Assembly: GCA_965237525.1 (NCBI GenBank)
Contig: CBDEFO010000008.1
Location: 992,001 to 1,056,000 of the forward strand
DNA from: Candidatus Latescibacterota bacterium
GTDB taxonomy: Bacteria > Latescibacterota > CBDEFO01
DNA: 64,000 bases
Direction of reading: 5' to 3'
Under the pieces are notes generated by a model. The model saw only the letters and a list, made by a program, of their open reading frames with translations, made no database searches and was not told the origin of the DNA. Of the stretch, positions 29,239 through 39,549 are shown one piece after another. Both the position numbers and the translations under genes were made by a program. How positions within the stretch are numbered: position 1 is the stretch's first letter; every line of letters begins with the position of its first letter.

Positions 29239-30027
29239 TCATATCTGTTCGTCACCCACTTCAGCGATCCACTTTCGGGTCCACTCTACCGCCTCTAAAT
29301 CAAGGTCACATATACAGCTTGCCAGAAATATCATCCCTTCAATTCGTCCCTCTTTCAGCCAGCTTAATCCAATGTCACACTGCATCTCCAACAGATCAAG
29401 GGGCATAGGACATTTGCCACCGTAATCCCACATGTAACAGCCAAGAATCTTGGCACAGTTAGGAGCCATCTTCTCAACTATGTCAAAGTTGCGTTCCAAA
29501 TTCTCCAGATTAGGGGCATTCCATGTCCAGAAGCTCACCTTATCGCAGAGCTCAAGGTGATGTTCGACTGGAAGTGCAAGCTGATAGTCGTAGAGAACCA
29601 CCCACAGGTCCAGCTTGAGCCCTGACTTAGTCAACTGGCTTCTTACGGTTTGAAGTTCATCCAGAGATAAGACACCGACCGCTCCAACATCCGACGAACT
29701 CTTGAAGAAGTCATCCATCATCACACCAGTGATATTCGGAAAACGAGTGGCCAATTCAAAGACGTGGGCTTTCTCCTCCTCTTGCGTCTTTCCACCGGCC
29801 CCGACAATAGACCAGACAATACGCTTTAGTGCCCTAAAAGGCACAGCATACTGGTCAAAGGGTGGTGAAGGTCTGTCACGAAAACTAACCATAATGAGAT
29901 TTTGCACGCCGAGGTAGAATGCGCCTTCTGTAGACGTTATGCGCGAACTTCCCGGAAGGTTATATCCAGAATTGTGACTTCCTGCATCGTGAGCCCAGAT
30001 CCAAAGCCTGTCTCGTACGCTTTCCAT
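29239..30027 (-). CDS. Hypothetical protein, probably TIM-barrel hydrolase-like
   Basis: Long ORF with AAGGAG RBS; NITGVMMDDFF motif. Confidence 0.6.
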   Translation of the reverse strand: MESVRDRLWIWAHDAGSHNSGYNLPGSSRITSTEGAFYLGVQNLIMVSFRDRPSPPFDQYAVPFRALKRIVWSIVGAGGKTQEEEKAHVFELATRFPNITGVMMDDFFKSSSDVGAVGVLSLDELQTVRSQLTKSGLKLDLWVVLYDYQLALPVEHHLELCDKVSFWTWNAPNLENLERNFDIVEKMAPNCAKILGCYMWDYGGKCPMPLDLLEMQCDIGLSWLKEGRIEGMIFLASCICDLDLEAVEWTRKWIAEVGDEQI

Positions 30028-30152
30028 ATACTCTCCTTAGGGTTTCACCAACAGTCGAGAAATCTATGACGTTCGCTGAAGCGGAAACACATATTGCAGA
30101 ATCTCAGGAAGAAGGGCAAGGTACTGAAGAAGTTGCTACAACGCAGAACGAC

Positions 30153-30956
30153 TCACTCTACTCCTTCTAATCTTTCAGATTTCTCCCCCAGCTCTACAAG
30201 TCCCTTAACCATACGTTGGATGCGAGGCCCATCGCTGTTCTGGAGCACCTCTTCCGGGTGAAAGACATACGCGGACCAACGCTTTAAAGAGGCGATGTGT
30301 TCATCGCTGATCGGACGGGCTGCGTATTTCAGGGCGATATAACGTCGTCGGCCACTTTTCCCGTACACAGCATGGTATAAACTCTGATTGAACAACATCA
30401 TCTCACCGGGCTCAGTCTCCACAGCGTAGCAAGGTACATCAGAGCCTGCCATCCCAAAGAACCTCGGTTCACTTTCCGCGTGACTGAGCTGGAACGCCTC
30501 GAGGTCTTCGTGCATCGGCAACCTATGGGAACCGGGAATAACCCGCAGGGCGCCCTTTTCTTTCTGCATCGGATCCAGATATAACATAATCTTGATTCGG
30601 ATGTAGTTGAGCTCTTCATTCCCCGGTCTGTCAGCATGCCAATGGTGTGCATCTCCCGAGGTTTGAATGCCCCTGTTACCTTCGGATCCAGACCAGATAA
30701 AATCTTTCCCCAATAACTGTTCCATGGGCTCGTAAATGCGGTCGTCCTCAACTAGTTGCGTCAGCAGGGCATGTTTCTCGACAAAGGGCGACATCCTTAC
30801 TTTCTCTTCCTCTCCTAGCGGACGACCCAGTTCTCTCTCCCACACTTCTTCAGCCGCATGGGTGATCGTGTCCATCTCCTGCGGCGAGAATGTCTGTCGA
30901 AGAACCAGAAAACCGAAGGTTTTGAAACACGTAATCTGCTCTGCTGTTAACATCAA
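30153..30956 (-). CDS. Phytanoyl-CoA dioxygenase (PhyH) family
   Basis: FKTFGFLVL, HWHAD, ALRVIPGSH, LYHA. Confidence 0.88.
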   Translation of the reverse strand: MMLTAEQITCFKTFGFLVLRQTFSPQEMDTITHAAEEVWERELGRPLGEEEKVRMSPFVEKHALLTQLVEDDRIYEPMEQLLGKDFIWSGSEGNRGIQTSGDAHHWHADRPGNEELNYIRIKIMLYLDPMQKEKGALRVIPGSHRLPMHEDLEAFQLSHAESEPRFFGMAGSDVPCYAVETEPGEMMLFNQSLYHAVYGKSGRRRYIALKYAARPISDEHIASLKRWSAYVFHPEEVLQNSDGPRIQRMVKGLVELGEKSERLEGVE

Positions 30957-31204
30957 ACCTCCTTCCTACAGTTGAACGGTGCATCAACGTACTTTCCCCA
31001 ACCGAATCCGCCAAGCGCATTTGAGGGAACAACGTGCACTCGGTAACTGGCACTTTAGCAGACGATGCGTTTCTGCCATGTCCTGTTCTTTCGCCTTGTG
31101 CGGAACCTATTACATTGGGTCAGTTGGCATTAGGATGCGCAGGATAACCTACATACGAGGCGGTTGACCAATCTGGAAATGTTGATAAGCTCCCGCACAA
31201 GTGT

Positions 31205-32047
31205 TCAATAGCTATAGGATAAACCGATTCCAAAAGCACTGCCGGCTCCTACGTTCTTGCCGACAAAGATCACATCGTACACCAGGTCCACCGACGTATT
31301 ACCGTAAACCTTGACGGCCGTATTGACACCTACTTTGGTAAAATCTCCCTCGGAAATCTGCATTGACATCGAGTGCATGGCATCGGCGTTTCCCCCGCCG
31401 GCTAGCAAGGTATCCTTACCCTCCAGGTATACTTTGACAAAGACCTTTTCATGTGGAGTCGCTCCCACTTCAAAGAAGTAGGGAACCTGCTTGGAAAACG
31501 GCCCTCCGCGAAAGCGGAAGCCCAACTCTGCACCCAGGTATAGGGGCACAGGATGGAGGGAACGGGCTACCAACAGTCTGAGCTCCATATCCAGATCGCC
31601 CGTGCCGATAGCAGGGTTGTTGTTTTCGTCGTATCCCGTGGGCACCTTGAAACTTACATAGGGGCTCAAGACCACGGGCCATTGTAAAATCTGGTATTTG
31701 GCCCCGATATCCCAATCACCCACGGCCGTAGTCGTCAAGCGGACCTCGGGATTCTCCGAAATGAGTCGGCCCGCACTGACCTGAGTGAGCAGTGTAAGAC
31801 GTTCCAGCAGGCCATATTCTATGTATAGAAAGCCATGATTGGACTCGAAGGTAGCATCGAGAGAATCAGCATGGCCTCGATTTCCATCCCCGTCGAAGGC
31901 TTCATCAGCGTCGTATAAAATCGCCGACAACTTGGCATAGTAATGACCCTTCTGTTGGCTCCAGGCGCCGGCACGAGCTTCGGTGAGGGGCCACATACAA
32001 CAAACCGCCAGTAAGACTAATAGTGGAAACTTCCTATGCATATGCAA
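31205..32047 (-). CDS. Secreted / outer-membrane beta-barrel-like hypothetical protein
   Basis: Signal peptide (ARA-GAW), YIEYGL, KVPTGYD, C-terminal GLSYSY. Confidence 0.65.
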   Translation of the reverse strand: MHMHRKFPLLVLLAVCCMWPLTEARAGAWSQQKGHYYAKLSAILYDADEAFDGDGNRGHADSLDATFESNHGFLYIEYGLLERLTLLTQVSAGRLISENPEVRLTTTAVGDWDIGAKYQILQWPVVLSPYVSFKVPTGYDENNNPAIGTGDLDMELRLLVARSLHPVPLYLGAELGFRFRGGPFSKQVPYFFEVGATPHEKVFVKVYLEGKDTLLAGGGNADAMHSMSMQISEGDFTKVGVNTAVKVYGNTSVDLVYDVIFVGKNVGAGSAFGIGLSYSY

Positions 32048-32188
32048 ATTCCCCTACGGGATACATCACAAAATTCATTAACAGAATTAAAGGAACTCGT
32101 TCTTTTGCTCCTGTTGATCTCCTGGAAGCAGCAGTAACTGTCAGGAGCATCAGAACATGGTTCCGCATACTCCGCTGCAGAAGTGGGC

Positions 32189-33802
32189 TTAAACTCCCAT
32201 CGCCATCCCTCCGCTGCCAGCGTCTGCGCCGCCGGCAAGCACCTCGGTTTCAGGATCTATGGTAATGGCGTGGACCAGGGCGAGTCCGCCGTGACTTTGC
32301 GGGAGGCGTTCGATGGGATGCTTTTTGCGAACTTCGGCGCAGACAATTTCGGGAATGCGCGCCTGACACTTGATGGAGTCGCCCTGGCAGTCGAAGCGGG
32401 GCGCCAGCACTGCATCACTGATGCTCATCCCAAAATCGAGTACGTTTAGAATCACCTGCGCGATCGAAGTGATAATGTAGGTGGCTCCGGGCGCGCCGAT
32501 GACAAGTATAGGTCTGTCGTCTTTGTAAACCATGGTCGGCGTCAAGCCCGAAGTGCGCCCTTTGCGCGGGGCGATGGAGTTTGGGTGTCCGGGCAGGGGA
32601 TAAAAATTCGCCATCGAATTGTTATACATAAATCCCATCCCCGGCGTAATGACACCCGACGAAAAACCGAGAGAGTGTGTGAGCGCAACACAGTTTCCGT
32701 CTTTGTCCACCGCGCTCACATGAGTTGTGTCGGGCGATTCGGGCGGTGTAAAAGAGACCCTAATAGGTTTTCCCGTTGCGATATCTTGCCGCCACTTCAA
32801 GGCGCGCTCTTTGGATATCAACCATTCGAAAGGCACGTCAGCAAACTGCGGGTCAGAAAGGTGCAAATTGCGATCAGAAAAGGCGGCCTTCATCGCCATC
32901 GATACGAAGTAGATATAATCAGGTGAATTGTGCTCCAGCGCAGTAAGGTCGTGGCCTTCCAGGATGTTAAGGATGGAAAGCAGTGTCGATCCGCCGTGTG
33001 GCGGTGGGGAAGTCGTAATAGTAAAGCCGCGATATGTTGTGACAATGGGCTCTCCGTGGCGCAGTTGGTAGTCGGCGAAATCCTGTTCGGTTACGTAACT
33101 CCCGTTTCTGGCGAGGTCATCGCTCATGCGTCGGGCGAGGTCGCCAGAGTAGAAGTCGTCCGCGCCGCGCTCGGTAAGTTGGAGCAGGGTATCTGCAAAG
33201 TCGGGATTGCGGAGTATCTCGCCCGCTTCGTAGGAGCTACCGTCGTCTTTAAGATAGATGCGGCTTGCCTCTCTATTGGCCTTGATGCCGTCCAGCAATG
33301 AGCTCCCTTCGGGATACTTTGCCACCTCCTTCCAGCGCGCCGCAAGGTGACTGTCTACCATAAAGCCCTCCTTAGCGATATGCGCCGCTGGTGCGATAGC
33401 GTGTTCCCACTGGATCGTGCCCCAGCGCTCCAGTATCTCAGCCAGTCCTTTGACCGCGCCGGGCGTGCAGACTGATCGGTAGCCTATAGCGTTGACTTTT
33501 CCCTTCAGGAAGTAGCCCCAGCCAGCTGGATTCGGGCGGATAAGTATATCTTTCCACATCGTCGGTGTGGCATTTGAACCGGCAAGGGCAGGGGCGTCCA
33601 GAAGGATGGAATGGCGTTGAGAGCTGTGGGGGTTGTACAGATTGAGTGTAAGAAAACCTCCGATGCCGCACATCTGCGGGTTGACAACAGACTGGACAAA
33701 AGCACAGGTCACGGCAGCATCTATGGCGTTGCCGTCTCCCATTAAGACCTTTGCGCCCTCCTCGACAGCGAGAGGTTGAGGCGCTACAATCATGCCGGAC
33801 AT
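32189..33802 (-). CDS. ggt: Gamma-glutamyltransferase family
   Basis: GNAIDAAV, CGIGG, DTTHVSAVD catalytic Thr, GAPGA. Confidence 0.9.
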   Translation of the reverse strand: MSGMIVAPQPLAVEEGAKVLMGDGNAIDAAVTCAFVQSVVNPQMCGIGGFLTLNLYNPHSSQRHSILLDAPALAGSNATPTMWKDILIRPNPAGWGYFLKGKVNAIGYRSVCTPGAVKGLAEILERWGTIQWEHAIAPAAHIAKEGFMVDSHLAARWKEVAKYPEGSSLLDGIKANREASRIYLKDDGSSYEAGEILRNPDFADTLLQLTERGADDFYSGDLARRMSDDLARNGSYVTEQDFADYQLRHGEPIVTTYRGFTITTSPPPHGGSTLLSILNILEGHDLTALEHNSPDYIYFVSMAMKAAFSDRNLHLSDPQFADVPFEWLISKERALKWRQDIATGKPIRVSFTPPESPDTTHVSAVDKDGNCVALTHSLGFSSGVITPGMGFMYNNSMANFYPLPGHPNSIAPRKGRTSGLTPTMVYKDDRPILVIGAPGATYIITSIAQVILNVLDFGMSISDAVLAPRFDCQGDSIKCQARIPEIVCAEVRKKHPIERLPQSHGGLALVHAITIDPETEVLAGGADAGSGGMAMGV

Positions 33803-33821
33803 AGGAGATTTCCTTTATTAT

Positions 33822-34649
33822 CTATGCAACATAAGCACCATATGTTCTGCATCTTGGGGATCGAATTGAGCGATACAAAGTCACCGCACCACTCACATCT
33901 TTAAAGTCCGTAAATCGCTTTAGATTGCCTCCCAGGATGAGGGCGACCTCCTCATCGGCAAACCCGATAGTCCGGATGGCATTTACTCCATGCACAGCGA
34001 CCCCACTCGGAGAATTAGATCCAAAAACGATGCGATTTGCACCGATTTCTCCGCTGCGTACAATATCCTTGATTCTGATCGGCTCTGCCGCAGCGATAAG
34101 CGTTGTACCGAGATAGATATTAGAATTCTCCACTGCTGCCTGCACGGCTAGGTTAATCCACTCACGATACCCCATGTGATCCATGATGATCGTCACGTCC
34201 GGGTGCCTCTCTGCAAGAGTGGCTATGTATCCGGGTGAACACCCGCTCATCGGTGAACCCGAATGAATCGTTGCTGGTATGCCCAGGGAACCTGCCAGCC
34301 CCATGATTGGATCAACACACGGAGAGTCCAGGCGATACCCATGAGCCGCAGCCATCAGTTTGACCGTCCTTGCACCTGCATCCACACAACGCCTCAGCTC
34401 TTCGGATGCCTCGGATCCCATAGTCGGATTGATGAGGCATGCAGGTATGATGCGCGATTCACCCTTGGCTGCGTTAAGGACTTGCATGTTGATTTCGCGT
34501 GGATCCGGTGGTAAACCTCCGGGAAATACGAAGCAGGTATCGATCCCCGCTTCGTCTGCCACACCCAGCAAACCTGCCTTTCCATACGGTTTTCCGTCAA
34601 ATTCTGCGGGCATATAGGCTTCAAAATCAGCAATAAATTCCGTATTCAT
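33822..34649 (-). CDS. Amidohydrolase_2 family protein
   Basis: IHSG, IIMDHMG, IVFGSNSP; tail probably frameshifted near 33920 (alternative end IYGL*). Confidence 0.82.
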   Translation of the reverse strand: MNTEFIADFEAYMPAEFDGKPYGKAGLLGVADEAGIDTCFVFPGGLPPDPREINMQVLNAAKGESRIIPACLINPTMGSEASEELRRCVDAGARTVKLMAAAHGYRLDSPCVDPIMGLAGSLGIPATIHSGSPMSGCSPGYIATLAERHPDVTIIMDHMGYREWINLAVQAAVENSNIYLGTTLIAAAEPIRIKDIVRSGEIGANRIVFGSNSPSGVAVHGVNAIRTIGFADEEVALILGGNLKRFTDFKDVSGAVTLYRSIRSPRCRTYGAYVA

Positions 34650-34882
34650 AGGTTACCGCTTGTGCAAGGAAAGTGTTCCCTCTACTAATCAAACTGAAGT
34701 GCTCCTCGGCACTCCCCGATTGAACCCCCTACTGGATCGGGGATCGGATCGTTTTCTGGCGATTAATGCTGCGGAAAGTGTTCCAGGGTACCTGCCAGCT
34801 TTGGGGCAGTCGTAAAGTGGCCCTTCCACTTAGCGTTGCAGCATTGAACCAAACGCCGTTCCACAGTAGCCGTATTCTGTAC

Positions 34883-35959
34883 TCAGATAGTCGGTAGCGC
34901 GGGCACGACCTCCCTTGCCAGCAGCTCCATCGAGCGCACCCACTTTGTTTTGTCGTCCCAGTCCTGCGTTATCATAAGCAGCGTGCTGAAACCGCCGGTC
35001 ACGTCACATACAACCTCAAGCTGACGGATACACTCGTCCACATCACCTATTATGCAATTGTTCTTCAGGATGTATTCCAGTGTCAGCTCATCATCGGGCA
35101 TGTCCGGATCCTGCTTGATCAGCGCCAGCATATCCAGCGATTTGAGTATTGTTCTCAGGTACTCGAAAGAGCGCCCGAACGTGCCGTTCAGGGTGTGCTC
35201 CCATGCTTCTTCGTTCGATTCGCCGACATAGATGTTTCGTGAGACGCGCCAGATTGAGCGGTCAGGTTCAGGTCGACCCGCTTCCTGAGCGCCGGCGCAA
35301 TAAGTCCGCCAGTGTTCGGCGACCGTGGTAGCAGGAACAAGATTCGTGCTTATGGGTATGTACCCGCGCTGCCCAGCCGTACTAGCCGCCATTGAGGTAC
35401 CCTTGACCACGCTCATTGCGAGGGGCGGATGTGGTTTCTGGTACGGCTTGAGCAGTGTTCCTATTCCGAACTCATGATCGGGATTTTCAATCTTAATATG
35501 CCAGAATTGCCCTTGGAGGTCGAAGGGGGCTTCGGATTGCCACAATTTCAGAACCATATCGATCCCCTCCAGTGTCATCAGCCCCTGGGTCTTTGGGTCA
35601 GGCAGGTCGAACAACCCCCAATCGGTCGGCACCCCTCCCTGCCCAAAACCGCAATTCAGACGGCCGCGGGATAGATGATCCAGAAACGCCAGACGGACAG
35701 CGATATTGGCTGGATGGTGCTGGGGAACAATGGATACTCCGGTGCCCAGGCGGATGTTCTTGGTGCGTGGCAGCACATTGGCAATGAACAGGTCATTAGA
35801 CGGGATGGGCTCCCAGGCCAGCGTATTGTGTTGTCCGATCCAGGCCTCGGTAAACCCGAGCTCGTCTGCGCGAACGACCAGCTCGATGTCCTCCTCGAAA
35901 CACTCTGTCCGGTCTTTTTCCGGAGGATGCAGCGGCATCATGAACAGACCCAATTTCAT
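34883..35959 (-). CDS. LLM-class flavin-dependent monooxygenase
   Basis: MKLGLFMMPLHPP, ADELGF..AWIGQH, LDHLSRGRLN, KPYQKPHPP. Confidence 0.92.
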   Translation of the reverse strand: MKLGLFMMPLHPPEKDRTECFEEDIELVVRADELGFTEAWIGQHNTLAWEPIPSNDLFIANVLPRTKNIRLGTGVSIVPQHHPANIAVRLAFLDHLSRGRLNCGFGQGGVPTDWGLFDLPDPKTQGLMTLEGIDMVLKLWQSEAPFDLQGQFWHIKIENPDHEFGIGTLLKPYQKPHPPLAMSVVKGTSMAASTAGQRGYIPISTNLVPATTVAEHWRTYCAGAQEAGRPEPDRSIWRVSRNIYVGESNEEAWEHTLNGTFGRSFEYLRTILKSLDMLALIKQDPDMPDDELTLEYILKNNCIIGDVDECIRQLEVVCDVTGGFSTLLMITQDWDDKTKWVRSMELLAREVVPALPTI

Positions 35960-36036
35960 CGTATGACCTCCCTATGGTTCGGCTTGATGTGAAATGCAAT
36001 TCCCCTGATCTCCAGCAGAGAATGGCCCCCGATCCC

Positions 36037-36057
36037 CCCCGATAGATTCAATCGGGG
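36037..36057. repeat. 21-bp palindrome CCCCGATAGATTCAATCGGGG (representative; related copies at 4429, 19095, 20994, 22301, 26737, 27395, 34714, 36093, 38128, 45245, 49167, 55316)
   Basis: Copies read directly from the sequence in both orientations; some are shorter or degenerate. Confidence 0.88.
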
Positions 36058-37094
36058 GTCAGGTTCCAATGCGGCTTCACGTTCAAGTTGACCCCCGATA
36101 GTTTCAATTGGGGGTTGACACAAGAGCGCGGCCAATGGCCTGACGCCAGTGCTATCACGGTCTCATAAGATAAGCGCCAGAAGGCTTCCATGTGTTGATC
36201 TGACCAGCCTGCTATATGGGGTGTAACCACAACGTTGTCGAGTTTGAACAGCGGGTTGTCCGGATCTGGTGGCTCTTGTTCAAACACATCCAGCCCAGCC
36301 GCGGCGATCGAACCTTCGGTCAGTGCGGAGACCAATGCGGGCTCGTCAATAACCGAGCCGCGCGATGTGTTGATCAAGATTGACGTGGACTTCATCAGCC
36401 CCAATTCGCGCTCGCCGATCAGGTGATACGTATCTTTCACGAGCGGACAGTGAACCGACACAAAATCAGATTGGGACAGCACGTCGTCGAGTCCCATAGG
36501 GCGTACTCCCTCTTTTGCCATCGTCTCGGCGTTCACATATGGGTCATACGCCAGGATCGTCATGTCGAACCCACTCACTTTTCGCACAACGGTCCGCGCG
36601 ATGTGTCCGAAGCCGATCAATCCTAATGTCTGTCCACGTATGTGCCAGCGTGGCCGGCCCAGCGTGAAATCCCATTTACCGCTGCGCACCGCGCGATCTT
36701 GAACAGCAATCTGCCGGACGACAGCCAACAACAAGCCTAAGGCGTGATCAGACACCTCATCGCTGACCCCTTCCGGGGTATTAGCGACGACGATGCCCAA
36801 CTGAGTCGCCTCGTCTACCGGTATGTTGTCCGTACCACTGCCAGTGCGGATGATTGCCCCGCAGCGCGGAATGACCTTCAGGCTCTCGGCCGTAACCACC
36901 GGCCTGCCGCCGAACACCCACACCACATCCGCATCACCGGCATGCTGTGCCAATTCCTCCTGTGTGGTACATTCCCTAAGAACGAAGTCAATGCCTTCTT
37001 TTGCCAGACTCTCAGCTATCCAATCAGGTGGCATGGCTTCATCATGTGACAACTGTTCATCCAGTGCGACTAACGCTACTTTGAAACGTGCCAT
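36048..37094 (-). CDS. D-2-hydroxyacid dehydrogenase (CtBP/SerA-like)
   Basis: GSGTDNI, LGLIGFGHIA, INTSRG, LDVFEQEP, TPHIAG; likely start MARFK at 37094. Confidence 0.9.
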   Translation of the reverse strand: MARFKVALVALDEQLSHDEAMPPDWIAESLAKEGIDFVLRECTTQEELAQHAGDADVVWVFGGRPVVTAESLKVIPRCGAIIRTGSGTDNIPVDEATQLGIVVANTPEGVSDEVSDHALGLLLAVVRQIAVQDRAVRSGKWDFTLGRPRWHIRGQTLGLIGFGHIARTVVRKVSGFDMTILAYDPYVNAETMAKEGVRPMGLDDVLSQSDFVSVHCPLVKDTYHLIGERELGLMKSTSILINTSRGSVIDEPALVSALTEGSIAAAGLDVFEQEPPDPDNPLFKLDNVVVTPHIAGWSDQHMEAFWRLSYETVIALASGHWPRSCVNPQLKLSGVNLNVKPHWNLTPD

Positions 37095-37209
37095 GTCGCA
37101 TTTCCTTTCCCCAATCCCCGAAATAATCGGAGGTTCAATCGGGATATAGTCGTAGACAGTAGAAGGGATCTCACCCCCCTGTATGCTGTTCAATTAAGAG
37201 CTAACTTCG

Positions 37210-38052
37210 TTAGCCGCGCGATGGTTCATTCATTTTCACTTTGAGCTGCCTGGTCAACTCGGCAAGGTGAGTGTCATTGGCCATCACCTGCTCAAGGTGT
37301 ACCATCCGCTCTGGCCCTGCGGTGCGGATCATCGCTTCGCCGTGGATGCGATCGATCCAGAATCGCGCCTCCTTGCCCAGCACTGTGCGCAACTCCTCGA
37401 GTCGATCCTCGGGGTAGCGGCGGCTGAAGTTCATCGTGAACATCCGTCTGCGCACTGAGCCACCGAAGGCGGCGTGCTTCAGGTTGTGGTTGAAGACTAA
37501 TATGTCGCCGGGTGTCGTCTCCAGGATCAAGGCCGGGACTTCTCTGCCGTGCAGCCCCCAGAATTTCTCGCTCTCCCGGATGTCGCGCTCAATGGCATCG
37601 GCATAGGGGTCGCCACAGCGGTGGCTGCCGGGGATCACACGCAGGGCCCCGGTGTGGCGCGTCAGCGGGTCGAGGTAGAAAGCGATCTTGATGCTCAATA
37701 TCCGCTCTCCGCTGTAGCCGTCGGAGTGCCAATTTGTGTCACCCGCGTAGAAGTTGCCGTCGCCGCTCGTGTAATTGAAGTCGTCGCAGCAGATACTGGC
37801 GGCGATGTCGTGGATGCGCGGGTCATCCAGGAAAGAGCTGAGGTACTCGCTTTGATCCGGGAACGGGAGGATGCAGGAGCGACTCACGCCGTCGTGGTCT
37901 TTGCCGTGGTGCCCGCCGCCGTGAGCTGTCCAGATGGCCTCGAACTCGCCGATGATATTCTGGATGCAGTCAGCCAGCAGCCCGGGAAAGTACAGGAAGC
38001 CGAACGTGTCGAAGAAAGCCATCTGCTGGTCGGTGAGTCGTGTTGATGCCAT
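37210..38052 (-). CDS. Phytanoyl-CoA dioxygenase (PhyH) family
   Basis: FFDTFGFL, NWHSD, ALRVIPGSH, LKHAA. Confidence 0.88.
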   Translation of the reverse strand: MASTRLTDQQMAFFDTFGFLYFPGLLADCIQNIIGEFEAIWTAHGGGHHGKDHDGVSRSCILPFPDQSEYLSSFLDDPRIHDIAASICCDDFNYTSGDGNFYAGDTNWHSDGYSGERILSIKIAFYLDPLTRHTGALRVIPGSHRCGDPYADAIERDIRESEKFWGLHGREVPALILETTPGDILVFNHNLKHAAFGGSVRRRMFTMNFSRRYPEDRLEELRTVLGKEARFWIDRIHGEAMIRTAGPERMVHLEQVMANDTHLAELTRQLKVKMNEPSRG

Positions 38053-38138
38053 CGCAGTTTCTACCTTTTGATCTGCCCGTTCGAATCTATTGAGAGATCA
38101 GGAGTCTCATGTGACTCCCGATTTAACCCCCGATAGAT

Positions 38139-39386
38139 TCAATCGGGGGGCTGCACCGGTCGTGTCCGATCCTGGGGCACAAGCGATCTACACCCGTCAG
38201 CTGTAACAACGAAGGATTGCTCGATCTGTAACGAACCGATGGCAGGCATAAAGATGCCCACCTCCAGATTTATTACCATATCCGCTTCAAGGGGCAGATC
38301 AGAGGGAACGTCGACGCAATCGTCCCGGATGCGCAGCCCGTTGTCCGCCACCACGATCGGGTAATCTCGGACTTCCAGTCCAAGGCCGTGCCCGTGCGGA
38401 AAAGATGCAGTGACGCCGTGGGCATTGAGAGTTTTCCACATTGCATCACTCACAGCAGATGCTCTGGCTCCCGGCTCGATTGTTTCGACACCTGACGCTA
38501 TGCAGGCGCGCAGGGCAGCGTGCCTTTCAAAGAGCTCTGTCGAAGGTTCGGCCATCGTGAGTGTCGTGCCGCTGTCCGAAAAATAACGCCCATAAATGCA
38601 GCCAGAATCCACGTAGAGAAGATCGTCATCGGTCAGCACATAGTTCGGCTCGGTGGCGATGCCCAGACCGCGCACCCCGAATGCAAAATGCTCGAACTCT
38701 GCGCCCAACTGAGCCACGCGCGAACGATAGCAGGCGACAAGATCGGCGACCGGGGTACCTGGACGAGCCAGGGCAAGGCTTTCCATTGCGGCCTGTTCGT
38801 TGATCTGGGCTGCTCGGGTCACACGGGCGATCTCCTCTGAACTTTTGACCATCCGAATTAAGCGGATGAGATTCGCGCAATCCCTAATTGATGCCCCCGG
38901 CAGTGCTCGCGCAATTGCATCTGCTATCTCCACAGGCAGGCTCTCTATCTCCAGTCCGATGCGAGCGCCAGTCAGTCCCCGCCCGCTCAAGATGCTTAAG
39001 AGCGCGTCTGTGGACGTTGCATTGCGCTGCGGCCCATGAACCAGTGCATTTAAGCGGCTGATAGTGTCGGGCAGCTCGCCCGGAGGCAAAGAGTCGTCCA
39101 GTCCGGGGTCGCCGAAGATATGCAGGTCGCGCACCCACAGGTCGGCCGCGTTCACCGCAAAGAGCGGGCTGACGACGAGGGCAGGTTCGCCTTCCAGAGG
39201 GAAGACTGCATATGCCTGGAACAAGTTGCTGGATGCTCCTGGCGTAATCATGTACTCTTTGAACGACGAATCGAGCCAGCAGTAGTAATCCGAGAAATAG
39301 GTGATGTTGACAGGCGAGGTAGCAATCAGAACATCTAAATCGTAACGACGCATGTACTCCATCGCCCGCTCTTTGTTGAAGAGCAT
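38139..39386 (-). CDS. Xaa-Pro peptidase / creatinase-like (M24) protein
   Basis: NITYFS, IRMVKSSEEI, YVDSG...YFSD, GHGLGLE, NLE. Confidence 0.85.
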   Translation of the reverse strand: MLFNKERAMEYMRRYDLDVLIATSPVNITYFSDYYCWLDSSFKEYMITPGASSNLFQAYAVFPLEGEPALVVSPLFAVNAADLWVRDLHIFGDPGLDDSLPPGELPDTISRLNALVHGPQRNATSTDALLSILSGRGLTGARIGLEIESLPVEIADAIARALPGASIRDCANLIRLIRMVKSSEEIARVTRAAQINEQAAMESLALARPGTPVADLVACYRSRVAQLGAEFEHFAFGVRGLGIATEPNYVLTDDDLLYVDSGCIYGRYFSDSGTTLTMAEPSTELFERHAALRACIASGVETIEPGARASAVSDAMWKTLNAHGVTASFPHGHGLGLEVRDYPIVVADNGLRIRDDCVDVPSDLPLEADMVINLEVGIFMPAIGSLQIEQSFVVTADGCRSLVPQDRTRPVQPPD

Positions 39387-39549
39387 GATACCTCCAAAGA
39401 AGTACAGAATAGAGAGTTACACTAATTCGCTCTTTCCGTGCTGTTCTCCGGGACTCGCAGGTTCACCGGATGCCATCGGATCCATTGTGGTGCGATCTAG
39501 GGGTTCATGTGCACTCCCTGCCAAATATCAAAGCCCGAGAGACGCATCT

